Below, piece by piece: positions 1-12,200 of a stretch of 64,000 nucleotides of DNA. The position numbers were made by a program, and so were the translations under genes. Location of the stretch: NCBI GenBank assembly GCA_051362555.1, contig CM120648.1, positions 18,596,587 through 18,660,586 on the forward strand, written 5' to 3'. The DNA is from Lingula anatina (Eukaryota; Animalia; Brachiopoda). How positions within the stretch are numbered: position 1 is the stretch's first letter; each line of letters starts with the position of its first letter. Below the pieces are notes generated by a model, which was not told where the DNA came from, made no database searches, and saw only the letters and a list, made by a program, of their open reading frames with translations.

Positions 1-239
1 TTTCCGCACTCGGAACTGCTCGGATGTCTCCACAGTCGACAATGACAGCATGGAGCTTGCGGAATTAGCCGAGGATTGCCGATTGCATTTTCCGGCAAAT
101 TCAATAACGACGTTTGCGACAACCGACTTCTTTGGGGGGGGGGGGAGGGGGGGATTTTTTTTTTTTTTTTTTTTTTGGAGAACGGACGAAAATCGGTGCG
201 CGCGCAGGATGTCATCCATAAAATTAAAAAAGTGTGGCC
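1..239. mobile_element. Right end of a non-autonomous DNA transposon (GGCC termini, TWA target), same family as 55348-56456
   Basis: 1-239 is nearly colinear with 56226-56456 and ends ...aagtgtggcc followed by tta. Confidence 0.8.
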
Positions 240-1775
240 TTATAGGCAATAAAAACAACAAAATACCCGAGAAAGTTAATGCATACAATCAAGTAGGCCG
301 ACAATAGACACGTGTTTGCCAATAACTGTCCATTTAAAGTAACTGGAAGCATCTAGAAGATGATAAAAACAATTATGTGCTACTGAAATAGTAAAATAGG
401 ACCTAATAATCCCGCAGTTCTACCTGATAAATGTAACTGTAGCTTCAATGCTTAATATATTTCGCCATGTGTCTCCCGCGAAAATAATGTCTGCTACATG
501 CACGTTAGTACTGATGTCAGCTAGTACCATTTTTCTTGCAAAGACAGTCCTGAAAACTACTCATTTCGCTTAAAATCAGAATGATAAGTTCAAAAAGGCA
601 TCGTCAAGTGACAAACGGAAATCAATTCGATAAAACAAATCGCGATTTACCCTCGATTTCATAGCAAACTGGAGTAAAAAACTTAGATCATTAGCCTTTC
701 TTGATAGAATTATCAGCTATATATGTATATTTTATATCTATATTAATGCGGGGTAATGTCTTTAACAGCAAGCAGTATGAATGCATACTACATCAGAACA
801 TAGAAGTAGAACTATTTATATGATCCGAATTAACTCACAAAACCACAGAAATAACGTTTTGAAGTATTAACAGTCATTTTTATAACAATTAACTTATTTC
901 GTAACGGAGGTTAGCATAACGGACGTAAGGTGACACGCATTCTTTTTCAGTTTTTATCCTCGGGAAAACTTTGCATAACTATTGAATGAATTTTTTAGGA
1001 AGAAGTTGGTCCTTGCTTAACAAAAATGATGTTTTTAACTTTCTAAAGCAACATTTTCTTCAAATTTGGTCCGTTACTGAGGTTAGGCTCTTAAATGCGA
1101 CACCCCGACTTTTGTGAGTTAACATTCTCTATGATGGAACGCATCATTCAAAATTAACAAATAGCACTGTTTTATTAAACTTCATGTATTATGAGTTTGA
1201 AAAATGCACAGGAAGGCCATTTAAGAGCATTTTCATTTATTCTTACATTGACTTAAAAAACCGTTACGGAGGTTAGGGGTTACTGAGCGACATTGATTAA
1301 ACTATGACAGTGACGTAAGTAACCTACAAATTCGACAGAGATCACCATGTATGATAAAAAGAAACATGAATTCAAATTAGTTGAGGACTAAAAACACTAA
1401 AACACGGGAAAATATAAACTTTTTTTTGTGGCAAATCAGCTATAATACCGAAGCGACACGTCGAAATCGTGCTTTTTGCGGCATATAGACCCCCGGGGTT
1501 CCCGTCAAAGCAAGTGGTACTATATTAATTGTTGTTTTTTAAGTAGAACACATCGGGTCCAGCTAAAAAAGGCTAAAAAAAGCAAAACTGCAGATGCCTT
1601 TACTACCGAAAATAAGCTGCGACAGGTATTATTCAGAATTGTACCCTTTTTCGTGGAATGGCTGACTCCCATAATATGCGGAATTGAAAACATGGAAAAG
1701 GTCAAGGACGTTTCAGATCGCTGACGGTGCGCGCACGCCAACTGGTGTTAAGTCCGCGAATGACCGTTTGCGACA

Positions 1776-2335
1776 ACTGATTGTTGAGTTACGGCAACTG
1801 ATTGTTGAGTTGACGTCTGCATTTTTTGCGTGAATGGCGCACCATGCATTCGTGCCATTCACGCAAAAAATGCATTGTTGAGTTGCGGTAACTGACTTTT
1901 GAATCGTTTATTGACTGTTAGATTTTGACGAATGATTAAAATGACCACAACTAATTTAGTAGAATTAAGTTTAGATAGTTAAAGTAGGTTTTGGTTAAAT
2001 AGTGCCGGTAGATTGATTTGACGTCTGTATTTTTTGCGTGAATGGTCACGCAAAAATACATTGATACATTGTTGAGTTGCGGTGACTGATTGTTGAGTTG
2101 CAGTAACTGATTGTTGATTTGCGGTGACTGATTGTTGAGTTGCGGTGACTGATTGTTGAGTTGCGGTAATTGACTTTTGAATCGTTATTATTGATTGTTA
2201 GATTTTGATGAATGATTAAAATGACCACAACTAATTTAGTAGAATTAAGTTTAGATAGTTAAAGTAGGTTTTGGCTGTTAAATAGTGCCGATAGATTGTT
2301 GAATTGACGTCTGCATTTTTTGCGTGAATGGCGCT
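1776..2335. repeat. 21-bp minisatellite (gattgttgagttgcggtgact) within a ~170-bp local duplication
   Basis: Repeated units at 2068-2170. About 1875-2045 recurs at about 2152-2330. Confidence 0.8.
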
Positions 2336-2336
2336 C

Positions 2337-2419
2337 CATAACGCAGGTCAAGTTCGAAAATCAGCATGATCAGGTCACTTTTAGGGAATTTATGCTGTTT
2401 TTTCACTATTTTCAATATA
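2337..2419 (+). mobile_element. Fragment of Helentron/HINE-like element (part of the last 161-bp unit), continued at 7686
   Basis: Matches about 39872-39955 of the full copy (cgcaggtcaagttcgaaaatcagcatgat...cactattttcaatata). Confidence 0.75.
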
Positions 2420-5400
2420 CAGTAGTTGTAAAAATTAAGTTTCCGTTGTACGACGTTTTAAAAACGTCAGAATGTTTTAATCCCTATCCTGTGAAAAGAA
2501 GGGGGCAGACAAACAATGGAAAGCAGTCTAATCCCTTTAAAATTCGAACGCAAAAACACAATAGTTTAGACGTAATAACACACAAAACCTTAGACGACTG
2601 AACCCCACGACGCCTGTTTCTGTGGTCCAGCGCAAGCGCGACAATCCGCTGTGTCTAGGTGTAATTAACAGCAGGATACATCAGCCAGAAGGTGCCCATT
2701 GTTTGTTGCGGCTATAGGATTATAGCTTTAAGATGCCAGAACCCATGCTAACGCGTGCCACTCCCGTGGCCACCTATCCTTATGTTCACTAGCTTGGCAG
2801 GCGCAGCTGATGATGTTTTAAGTGTTGCAAGAAAACTGCTAGTTTAATTTAGTATCAGATATTTAATTCAATATGAAGTGTTCTGTGGTCAAAAATTGAA
2901 TTTGATAAACATGCATCAGCATCGTACATCAGCATGATCAACAAATCACCCCGTCTCAAAAAGTTAAAAGATGCTCCGTACACAAATTTCCATCATCGCG
3001 ACCTGAGTAAAAATAGAATATTGTTTAGAAATAACGAAGAAAGAGACAAGCTGACGTGTTGCCTCAACTACTTCATTAAGTCACATTTTATATAAAATAA
3101 TAGAGCGAATCCGTAACAGGATAAATAATAGAAATTCTTAAATAAATAAATAAATAAATTATTTAAAGAATTAAGTAAATTATTAGATGACATTAAGAAT
3201 CAAATAAAAAATAGATAAAAGTTATATAATTATGTCGCTGTTCAGTAACCATATAAAGGAAAGTTTAAAAGGAAAGTTAGATTTTGCTTGTATAAAACAC
3301 TTTTTATTTTGATAAAAATCGACTGCGCATGGAGCATAATGATATTAGGCTTTCGATGATGATCGTGCATGAAACGTCAAGTCATCTTCTTTTTTTATAA
3401 TAGTGCTGGGCACCCAGGTCTTGAATCTTTTACTCGACGTGCATCTCCTACTATTGTATAGGCATGATTTCAGGTTGTTCGGGGGGATGACGATTGCGTT
3501 CAAAATGGGTTGTTTGCATCATAAGGCCCTTATGCTTTGTGATATATGTGAATAAACCTAGCTTACTCATTAACTATTACCAAAGTACGTAAAGCAGGGC
3601 CTTAGGTTTAACAGTCTAAGATTTATTTAATATAGGCAGTTAACTTGGACCAGTCTTGTTTCATTAACTTTGCGAATGAAACAGTCTCCGTCGTCAACGT
3701 AAATTTCCAATATGATTTTACATCACTTAGCCGATTTAACAATGTTATTGTTTAGGTTTGGTTTATATTTGTTTGAGAAAAGATAATGATCGCGTTTAAC
3801 AATAGATTGCAGGCTATAGTAAACCCCCTCCTTTTTGAGCGATGTCTAATACTGTTAAATCCAGCGTACTTTCATAAACATGTAGTGTGACCACACTGTC
3901 AGACATCCCACTTGTTGCACGTTGCAAGCGATTTGTCTCATAACTATGACAAGGCGTTCTTTTTTCTCGTTGTTGTTTAAAACTGATCAACTTGTCAAGG
4001 CTAATTGCTTAGCTCTTTGCGCGTCATATGTAAACGCTAAGATATGAATGTTATAGTTGTTTGTGCCCGGGTACCGCACTTATGCCTTCTTACTAGAGCG
4101 ATCTAGAACAAGCCGCCAGTTTACCCTGTTTGTAACTGTAGCAAAATATGTTCGACATGCAGTTTCTGCACAACAGCCGGAGACACAGTTTATTGTTTAG
4201 GCATGGTTTAAGCTTGTTCGAGAGATAATAACAGCCGCGTTTAACAATAGATAGTATGACCCCCTACTATTTAACTGATGTCTTACACTGTTAATATTGA
4301 CCGTACTTTCATATATTATGTAATACACTGTCAGACTTTCCCCTGTTGCACGTTGGCGTTGGATTGTACTTGTGCCTCTACCAATGCACCTCATTTAGTT
4401 TAAATAGTTTTTACCGCATAAACCTTTGTGGTTTATGGTTATTAGTTAAAGTAGTAGGAATAGGATGCCTGGGCAAAAAGCTTCTAGTCAACTCACTTAG
4501 ACCTAGGGTGTGATGCTGCTATCATCCGAGGAAACACCTACACTGAATCCTCTACCTGAAGTCCCCCTGGCTGAAACAAAAAATGCCCCTTGAACCTGTC
4601 CATTTTTTAAAGCGTCAAATCATTTCTGATATCATTGAGCGTCTTTAAACCAAAATCTTTCATGTAACAAAAACAGAAGCGTGTGGTGATTATTTATTAA
4701 AGCATAGGTTTATTCATCATGATCTATTTTGTAAACAATACTTGCGTATATTTTACTTGGTTTGATCAACGTCACTGTTGGCTACTCGCCTATAATGCAT
4801 GCTGAACGACAGGCAACTTATAAATATTATCTGTGTTAATGACCACGTTAAGTTAAAATAGAACCATGTCGGTGAATTAATCCAACCAACATACTTATAT
4901 TTATTCTTTTAAAACCAGTGTCAGGTTTTTACCTGATAAAACACCAAGTCAAAGCAAGTCTTGCAGACTGATTTTGTTTAAATTGTCATAAAATAAGTAA
5001 AGCTAAGTAAAGCCTGTTTCTAGTTCATTCAAGCTATAAAACTGCATGAAGGATAACAAGTCTCTGTAGCCAATTAACTTTCACATTGCCCTGTGCTTTA
5101 GAGTCCCGTGTAATACAATAAAATCAGTATGGCCTGAGAGAAATATAAATATGAGGACGTGTATGAAAGATGTTTCAAATAATAAAAAATCAAGAATTTA
5201 AACATATTTTTCAGATTAACCTCCACTATTATTGATCAAAACGCCTTGTCTGATGTTTACATGTAGGCGAGGGAGGTATACTCCAATATTAATTGCGAAT
5301 AATATCAACAGCGACTCAAAATCGTTGCCTGTCTTTCACACTTTTACACATACTCATGAAGGGTTAATAAAAGGATTCGCGTCATGACATCTATCTCTTT

Positions 5401-7685
5401 TCTTCGAACAAGCAAAGGGCTGATCCGAAGTTTCAAAACTAATTTCTCTTTGACTGTACAGGGGTAGGCCTATATTGTAATTACTCCACTTGGTCGCCTC
5501 CATTGTCTTGTAAAAGTGACAAAGAATGTGTTTTCACTCGTGAGTTTACATATCAAGGTTATAATCAGTTTGAATAGGCTGTCTTGCCTCACATAAAAAG
5601 GGAGTTGTTCTTCACACTGGTTGTTGCATAACTTATGCTAACCTACTTTGTACAAATATGGTTTTAATAAATCGCCAAAATGATGACACTAGTGAACATT
5701 GTGTATCAAACGTTTTGATACAATTAAATAAATGTGCAAGAAGGATTACGGAATGAGTTACTATTTACCTCTGGCGCTAACTTCGAACTGCTACATAAAT
5801 AAACAAATGTTGCAGATCGTAACAAAAATACTTGATTGTAGTGTTTTTATGACATATGATTTACATATTTGATATTGAGACATTTCTCGGCTTTAACGAA
5901 TCACCCGGTGTTTACTATGTCCCCCACGCGCCCCCCCCAAAAAAAATGCTCTTTTGATTTCGAAATAAATTTGTTTTTAAGGCAAAGAAGTCCAATACTT
6001 CTTTCACGACTCAGTCATTGTACAGCAAGTTGTAATCGATATTTAAAAAAGTTAATTTTTGTACTCCGCCTTTCAGTATTTATTGTGGTGCTTTAATCGG
6101 GGACACTGCCTGTAGAGGATACAATTACAATTATCTCCAGAGGTTACTGGATTATGTCTAAGGTATAGATAAAGTACGAGGCGCCTAGCTTTACGCAAAA
6201 TAGAGCAGATAATTGGCGAGGCGAAGCCGAGGTTTGATATACACTGTACAGTAGCTACTATATGCCGTTCCTCAAGTTGGGTCTGCTGGGGGGGGGGGGG
6301 GGGGGATTTAAATGATAAACTAAGAAGTCCTTTGTGAAGCAGCAGCGGTTTATATGATCGCTATCTCTGATCCCTTTTCTTTGACAGCATCATAGAAAAT
6401 GTTAAGGGAGAAAGTGACACATATCCCCCGGCGTTGTTGTGTCTTCAGCATTTCCTCATTCTTGCTTACTACAATTATTCTTGGCAATTAATGAAACCGA
6501 GAAAGCAATTAAGTGATGGTACATTGAATATATTACTAGGCGCATTTCACTGAGTGTTAACAAGATCTAGCAAAACATTTTATCGCCACGCGTTCAAGTC
6601 TGATAAATCAGGGGATTTTTTTGTGAATCGGGGAATCAGCAGATATGTCCCTAGGTGGGGAGATTTTCGAGAAGACCGGTAGTGTTGTAAGGTCTGAGGA
6701 ATTAAGTCAGTAAAATGTAAAAGCTAGCATATATAATCATACAATTAATGGTATCATGTGTGCCTTAGATCTCCAGTGTGTTCAATAACGAGAGACGCAA
6801 AAATGGCAAAATGTAAGCAAGGAGGCGTGTGTTTGTTTATGGGGGGAGGGGGCAGTAAGTGGTATTTGTTTGTGTAGTTGGCGAAAATAGAAAAAAGTCT
6901 AGAATAGTGTACGTACACGTTTACGTAGTTGAACATGGAAAAGTTTTCAACTGATAATAAAAAACATCAGGTTAGAAACGAAATTTGTTTAGAAATTTAA
7001 ACTGTCACTCTTGTGGCACAGCGTCATGGCTATGAATCTGACATGGAGTTTAGTCCGAAATATTAGTGAATTTAGAACTAATTGCAAAAACGTTTATCTA
7101 CCCTAATTTGTCAGATAACAAAAAATGCCGGTGATCCAACTATGAGTTATGTATTTAAAGTACGGCCATTTCGGATTATAAGTGCATACCTTGATGCAAA
7201 ACAGCCTATCGTTTCTTCCACCGCGAGTCCCTTTAATAAATGTATTATATTACTATTTACCCTTTTATTTGACACTGTCTCTGTTTCTCTCCCTTTTTCC
7301 TTTCTCTTGTAAAAAGGAGGGTAAATAATTAAGCACTCAAAATATGCATCACTAATCTTCAGAATAGAATAAATCAAAGAACAGCTTTCACAAATTTAAC
7401 TGTAGTTAGCTGCATAGTGTCACTATATACATAATACGCTGCCCGCGCGAAGCTGTTGAACAAAAGAATAGTTTTCTATGGAAGACCTTTTGTTTACATA
7501 AGTACTCAAAGGGGGCGTGCCTACCCAGGCGACAAGGGGATTAGGCTAGTCACTATATTCCGTCAAAATCGTTTAGCGACCCTATCATTATCACACTCCC
7601 TCTATTGTATTTTCTGACGTTATAATTGTATCTAATCTTCTTATGGTAGATGGAAAAAATGCAAACATATATAATCTTTTGACTG
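2420..7685. mobile_element. 5.3-kb unclassified insertion with CAGT...ACTG ends and TA duplication
   Basis: Removing it restores ttcaata-TA-aatacaacactg, colinear with the intact HINE at 39948-39968. Only 4 terminal bp are perfectly inverted and no transposase is seen. Confidence 0.55.
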
Positions 7686-8652
7686 TAAATACAACACTGA
7701 TAACACAATATAAGAAAACGGATTGGCCAATTGTAATTATACTCACAGGAGTGGTCAATCTTACTAAAACGCAGGTTGTGTTCGAAAACCAGCATAATCG
7801 GGCCATTATTTTAGAAGTTATACTGTTTTTCACATTTCCTCAGATTCAATTATTAGGCATGTTAACAGTCTCATTATTTAACTAATAAGATGCCTAAAAG
7901 TGTTTGTTTGATATTTCCTGCATCTTTACAACATTGTTAGTTGATTATGTAAAAAACATGGTAAACTTGTTATCATGTATTGTGTAATAAAGTGTCAAAA
8001 ATGGAAATAAACTCATATCATTGCAGTTTGTCAGATTCAATCATCCACTATGTTCAGAATCTCAGAATGGAGGAGATTGGACATTTAACACTGTTCTATT
8101 GATACTTTTCCCATCTCATCAAGTTTCTTAGTTGGTCATATGAAAATGGCAGTAAAATGTTTATTTTGTTTTATGTTAAAAAAGTGTTAAAAATGGAAAT
8201 AAACCCATTTCAGAACAGTGCTGTCTTGTTTACATTTTGGCATTTTCAAGGCGTGACTTTGAAGTTCCATGGGCCTGAAGACCTTTGCTAGCCACATTTT
8301 CTGAATATCTGTGAAACAATATTTTATAATTAAAAGTTGATGGTCATTAAGCTGTTAAACATTATGTAATATTGCATCAAAATTTGAAGAAACCCCTATT
8401 TTGGGCACTGCTTCCATGGTGACCATTTAAGTAAAATCATGTCACTTACTGTTCTCAAACTTACAGGAAAGAAACATGGGACTTAAATACAGCTTCAGTA
8501 GGCAATGCAGTCTGTTTGGTATTTTTATTTATTTATTTATTTTTTTTTCTGGCAATTTAACAGTTTTTTTGTGAAAATTTAATTTTTCACTTATTTGCAT
8601 CTTTATTTTCTGTTCTTTGTCTGTACATTTGACAGCTTTGCTGCCTTGTTTT
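7686..8652 (+). mobile_element. 3' part of Helentron/HINE-like element
   Basis: Near-identical to 39954-41250 apart from an internal duplication in the latter. Ends gtctgtacatttgacagctttgctgccttgtt. Confidence 0.85.
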
Positions 8653-9208
8653 ACTCAATATTGAATTAAATTTTTCAACGGTGTAACCTGATACGTACAC
8701 TCAGAAAAGGTACATTTAGATACAACGCTTGATCTAACTGTATGATCCTTCCAACTATTCTCAGATGATCCAAAAGACCAGTTTGCACAAAATATGGCAA
8801 TTGGAGTACAGAATTCAGATACGTTTTGCCAGCCGGACTTAACAGTATTGGACCAAATGCCACTAGAGGAATCCCTACCAGGTTCGGAAGAGAATATTAA
8901 TAATATGCTGACAAATAGAAGTATTGTACATGATTGTCTCTAATAGTTCATCTTGGTGCAATTTAAACAGATATTTGTAGTTATTCTTCTTTTTTGCCAA
9001 GAGATTCCACCTTCTGTGTGTTTTTCGTTGGCCATTCCACATATATGTGCCTTGAAGACTGCATCCCAAATTTTATTTTATATGTTTAAATTTTGTAAAG
9101 AAATTCCTTTCTAAATTCTTTTATCCTAGCCATGTTTTTGTTTACTTCAAGGTTGAGTCATTTTCTGCTAGAATGGTGTTTGATATAATTCTTTTCTTTA
9201 TTCTGCAG

Positions 9209-9259
9209 CCGCTCCCCCTGATGACAGTGAATCACCTGCCTCTCCTGACAGAGCAGCAG
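9209..9259 (+). CDS. 51-nt phase-1 mini-exon (APPDDSESPASPDRAA) of the Roc-COR-caspase gene, copy 1
   Basis: ttctgcag acceptor after a pyrimidine tract and cag|gtaagt donor. Symmetric phase 1 fits exon 13617. Confidence 0.7.
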
Positions 9260-12200
9260 GTAAGTAGTTCACATGTAGTAAAACAAGATTCTTGTGTATT
9301 GCTCAGAATGTTCGGGAGTTTTTCTTAGCTTGCCGATTAGGTATGTCAGTGTCTACATTCTTATTTTCATCAAACTGGGACTTGGAACTCACACGGGCAT
9401 GAAGCCCAGTGGTAATCAAATTTTCTTAATGTCCATTTTTTTAATAGAAGATAATTAAAATTTTGTGGTATTTATACAGTTGACCATTATTGCATCAAAA
9501 ACCTACTTTGTGCACTATCACCATAACGTTATAAAATGAAAACTGTTACCTATTTTTTTTATTTACAAAATATGGTTCTTAGGATTGACAAACAGCTTAA
9601 ATTAGAAAACCAGCTCTTTTGAATTATCGTTTTTATCGAATGATGCATTTTTTGTGAAATTTTTATTTATCTCATTCTGGTGTGAGTTTGAACTCACATG
9701 GGCCTGAAGCCTTATGCTTTTACTTACATTGTTATATACTGTTGTGCATAATTAAATTTTGAGGTTGACTGTGCAGTTAAGCATTGTATTACATTAGAAC
9801 TGACAGCCTCCTATTTTGTGCATTATTATTTTCTGCTTTTTTAAAATTGTGACTTAGATATTTCATGGGCCTGAATACCGTTGCTAGTCACATTTGGGTG
9901 ACAAGCCTCTAATCTTCCATTGGGTAACTACTAGCTAAATTCAGAGCTATAAGGTCACTTGCCTCATTAAGTTTCAAGTAGCAATAAAATGAGATTATAT
10001 AAAACACTCATGTTGAGATTCCCTGTAAACTCCCATAGGTTAAGTTCTCTGCCAGATAACAGTGTCCATAATAGGGAAGCAGTGATAATTATGCAGATAA
10101 ATGTTGTTTGATATTGCAAATAAGTTTTCAAAAAAATTATTTTGTATAATGCCAACATTAATGCTGTATATGAACAACAGTGCCTTATTATCCTCAAATT
10201 CGATGGGGTTATTCATAACATGCTTATACATTAAGACTAAAAGTTTGAAAAGCAGCTTTACTGGAATAATTTTGTTATGTTTTGTTTTTAATTTTTTCAA
10301 ACACTGAGAATTTCAACTGAATTTTTAACTCCCCTCCACCTGAAGCTCTGCACATTTTCTGTTTTTCCACATAAGCATTTGTATTGGTATTTATGTCTTT
10401 AAACATTATGTAACATTATATTATTCTATGCACTGCTTTCATTTGTCATATTGTGATTTTCATCATGTGAATTTGAACTCTAGTGGTCCTGAAACTGTGA
10501 TCTTATCATAGGGGCAGATTGGGATCGTATTCAGGGTTTTCCATGGTTTTAGTCCCCACCTGTCCTCATACAGCTCCGCCGGCTAATGCGGCTCCGCCGG
10601 CTCCATAGTCGGGTGTCGGAAACAAGTCACCGTTACCGCTTCTCCTCCTAGACTGCCAGGACCTGTGTCCCCATCTCTTGGATTTAGGTCACATATAATC
10701 TCAACTTGAACACCCTGGTTTTTTTGTCTCTGTCATTGCATTGGCCTGGGCGTTACACTTGTTGAAAGGCACCCTTGTAAAATTTTTTGAAAATTAAAGG
10801 CTAAATATCTCCCAAACCAAAGGAATTATGGGAAAAATTACTACAGAAGTGTGACTGAAAGTCATATGTGGAGATTCCAAATATTCCCTTGGATTTGACT
10901 TTAGACCTTTTTTTCAAGGTCAAACAAGGTCTAAAAATGGGAATTTTCTGAAAAAAAATTTTGTTTGTGCTATGTTTTGGAAACTAAACAGATCTAAGCT
11001 CTTCTGTTATAGTGAGGGATCACAATTGGGGACTCCTTTCATCTTTGGGAGTTTGGAGTCAATCGGTGCATTTTCACGGGAGAAGCAGCCATAAGATACC
11101 GAAACTGAAAACTTGCTTTTATTCTGGAATGGTAAATGCCATAGACCTTTTGTTCATCTCATTATGTAGAATACTCAAGTGTAATACTGGAGGTGGTGTC
11201 CATTTGTTTGTTTTCGCTATGGTTTAGGCATTGCGCTATATCAAAAATTACAACTGCAATATTCAGTGGGGAAAATGTTAAATATTCCAAAATTAGCAGA
11301 GATATGCCCATAGTTACTATTGAACTTGAATAGGAAGTCATATACTGGTAATCTAACTGTGACCTTGAAATTGACTTTTGACCTACTTTTCATGATGAAC
11401 TGCACTTAATTTGAAGTATTCTGATCTTTGTATCTCCAAAACTGGCAGAGATACGCCCATAGTTACTATTGAACTCAAATAGGAAGTAATATACAAGTAA
11501 TCTAACTGTGACCTTTAAATTGATCTTTGACCTACAGTACTTTTCACCATGAACTGAACTTTGGAAATTTTCTGGCCCTTATATCTCCAAAACTGGCAGA
11601 GATACACCCATAGTTACTGTCAAACTTGAATAGGAAGTCATATACTGGTAATCTAACTGTGACCTTTAAATTGACCTTTGACCTACTTTTCACCATGAAC
11701 TGAACTTTGCACATTTTCCAGCCCTTATATCTCCAAAACTGGCAGAGATACACCCATAGTTACTGTTAAACTTGAATAGGAAGTCATATACTGGTAATCT
11801 AACTGTGACCTTTAAATTGACCTTTGACCTACTTTTCACCATGAACTGAACTTTGCATGTATCCTGGCCTTCGTATCTCCAACATTGGCAAAGAAATGCC
11901 CATAGCTACTATTGAACTTATATAGGAAGTCATACACTGTGACCTTGAAGTTGACCTTTGACCTATTTTTTACCACAAACTGAACTCTGCATAATTTCTT
12001 GCCCTTCATATCTTCAAAACTAGCAGAGATCTGCCTAGTGTTGTCCCTAGGTTTTCTCTTTTGTCAGCATACTGGAATATGCAATACTTATAATGCATTT
12101 CAAGGAAAACCAATAGGCCTATTGTCTAGAAAATAACAGGAGTGATCAGTGTAAGGAAAATACAGGTCAATTTGAACATCTCCTTGATTGGACCATTTAA

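Noticed and set aside
6388-6518. Possible upstream host exon (open frame after ttgacag)
   Set aside because: No recognisable motif, and it lies within the inferred 2420-7685 insertion.
8675-8863. SPAGKT in a - strand ORF as the missing Roc P-loop
   Set aside because: Wrong strand and not a GxxxxGKT/S motif.
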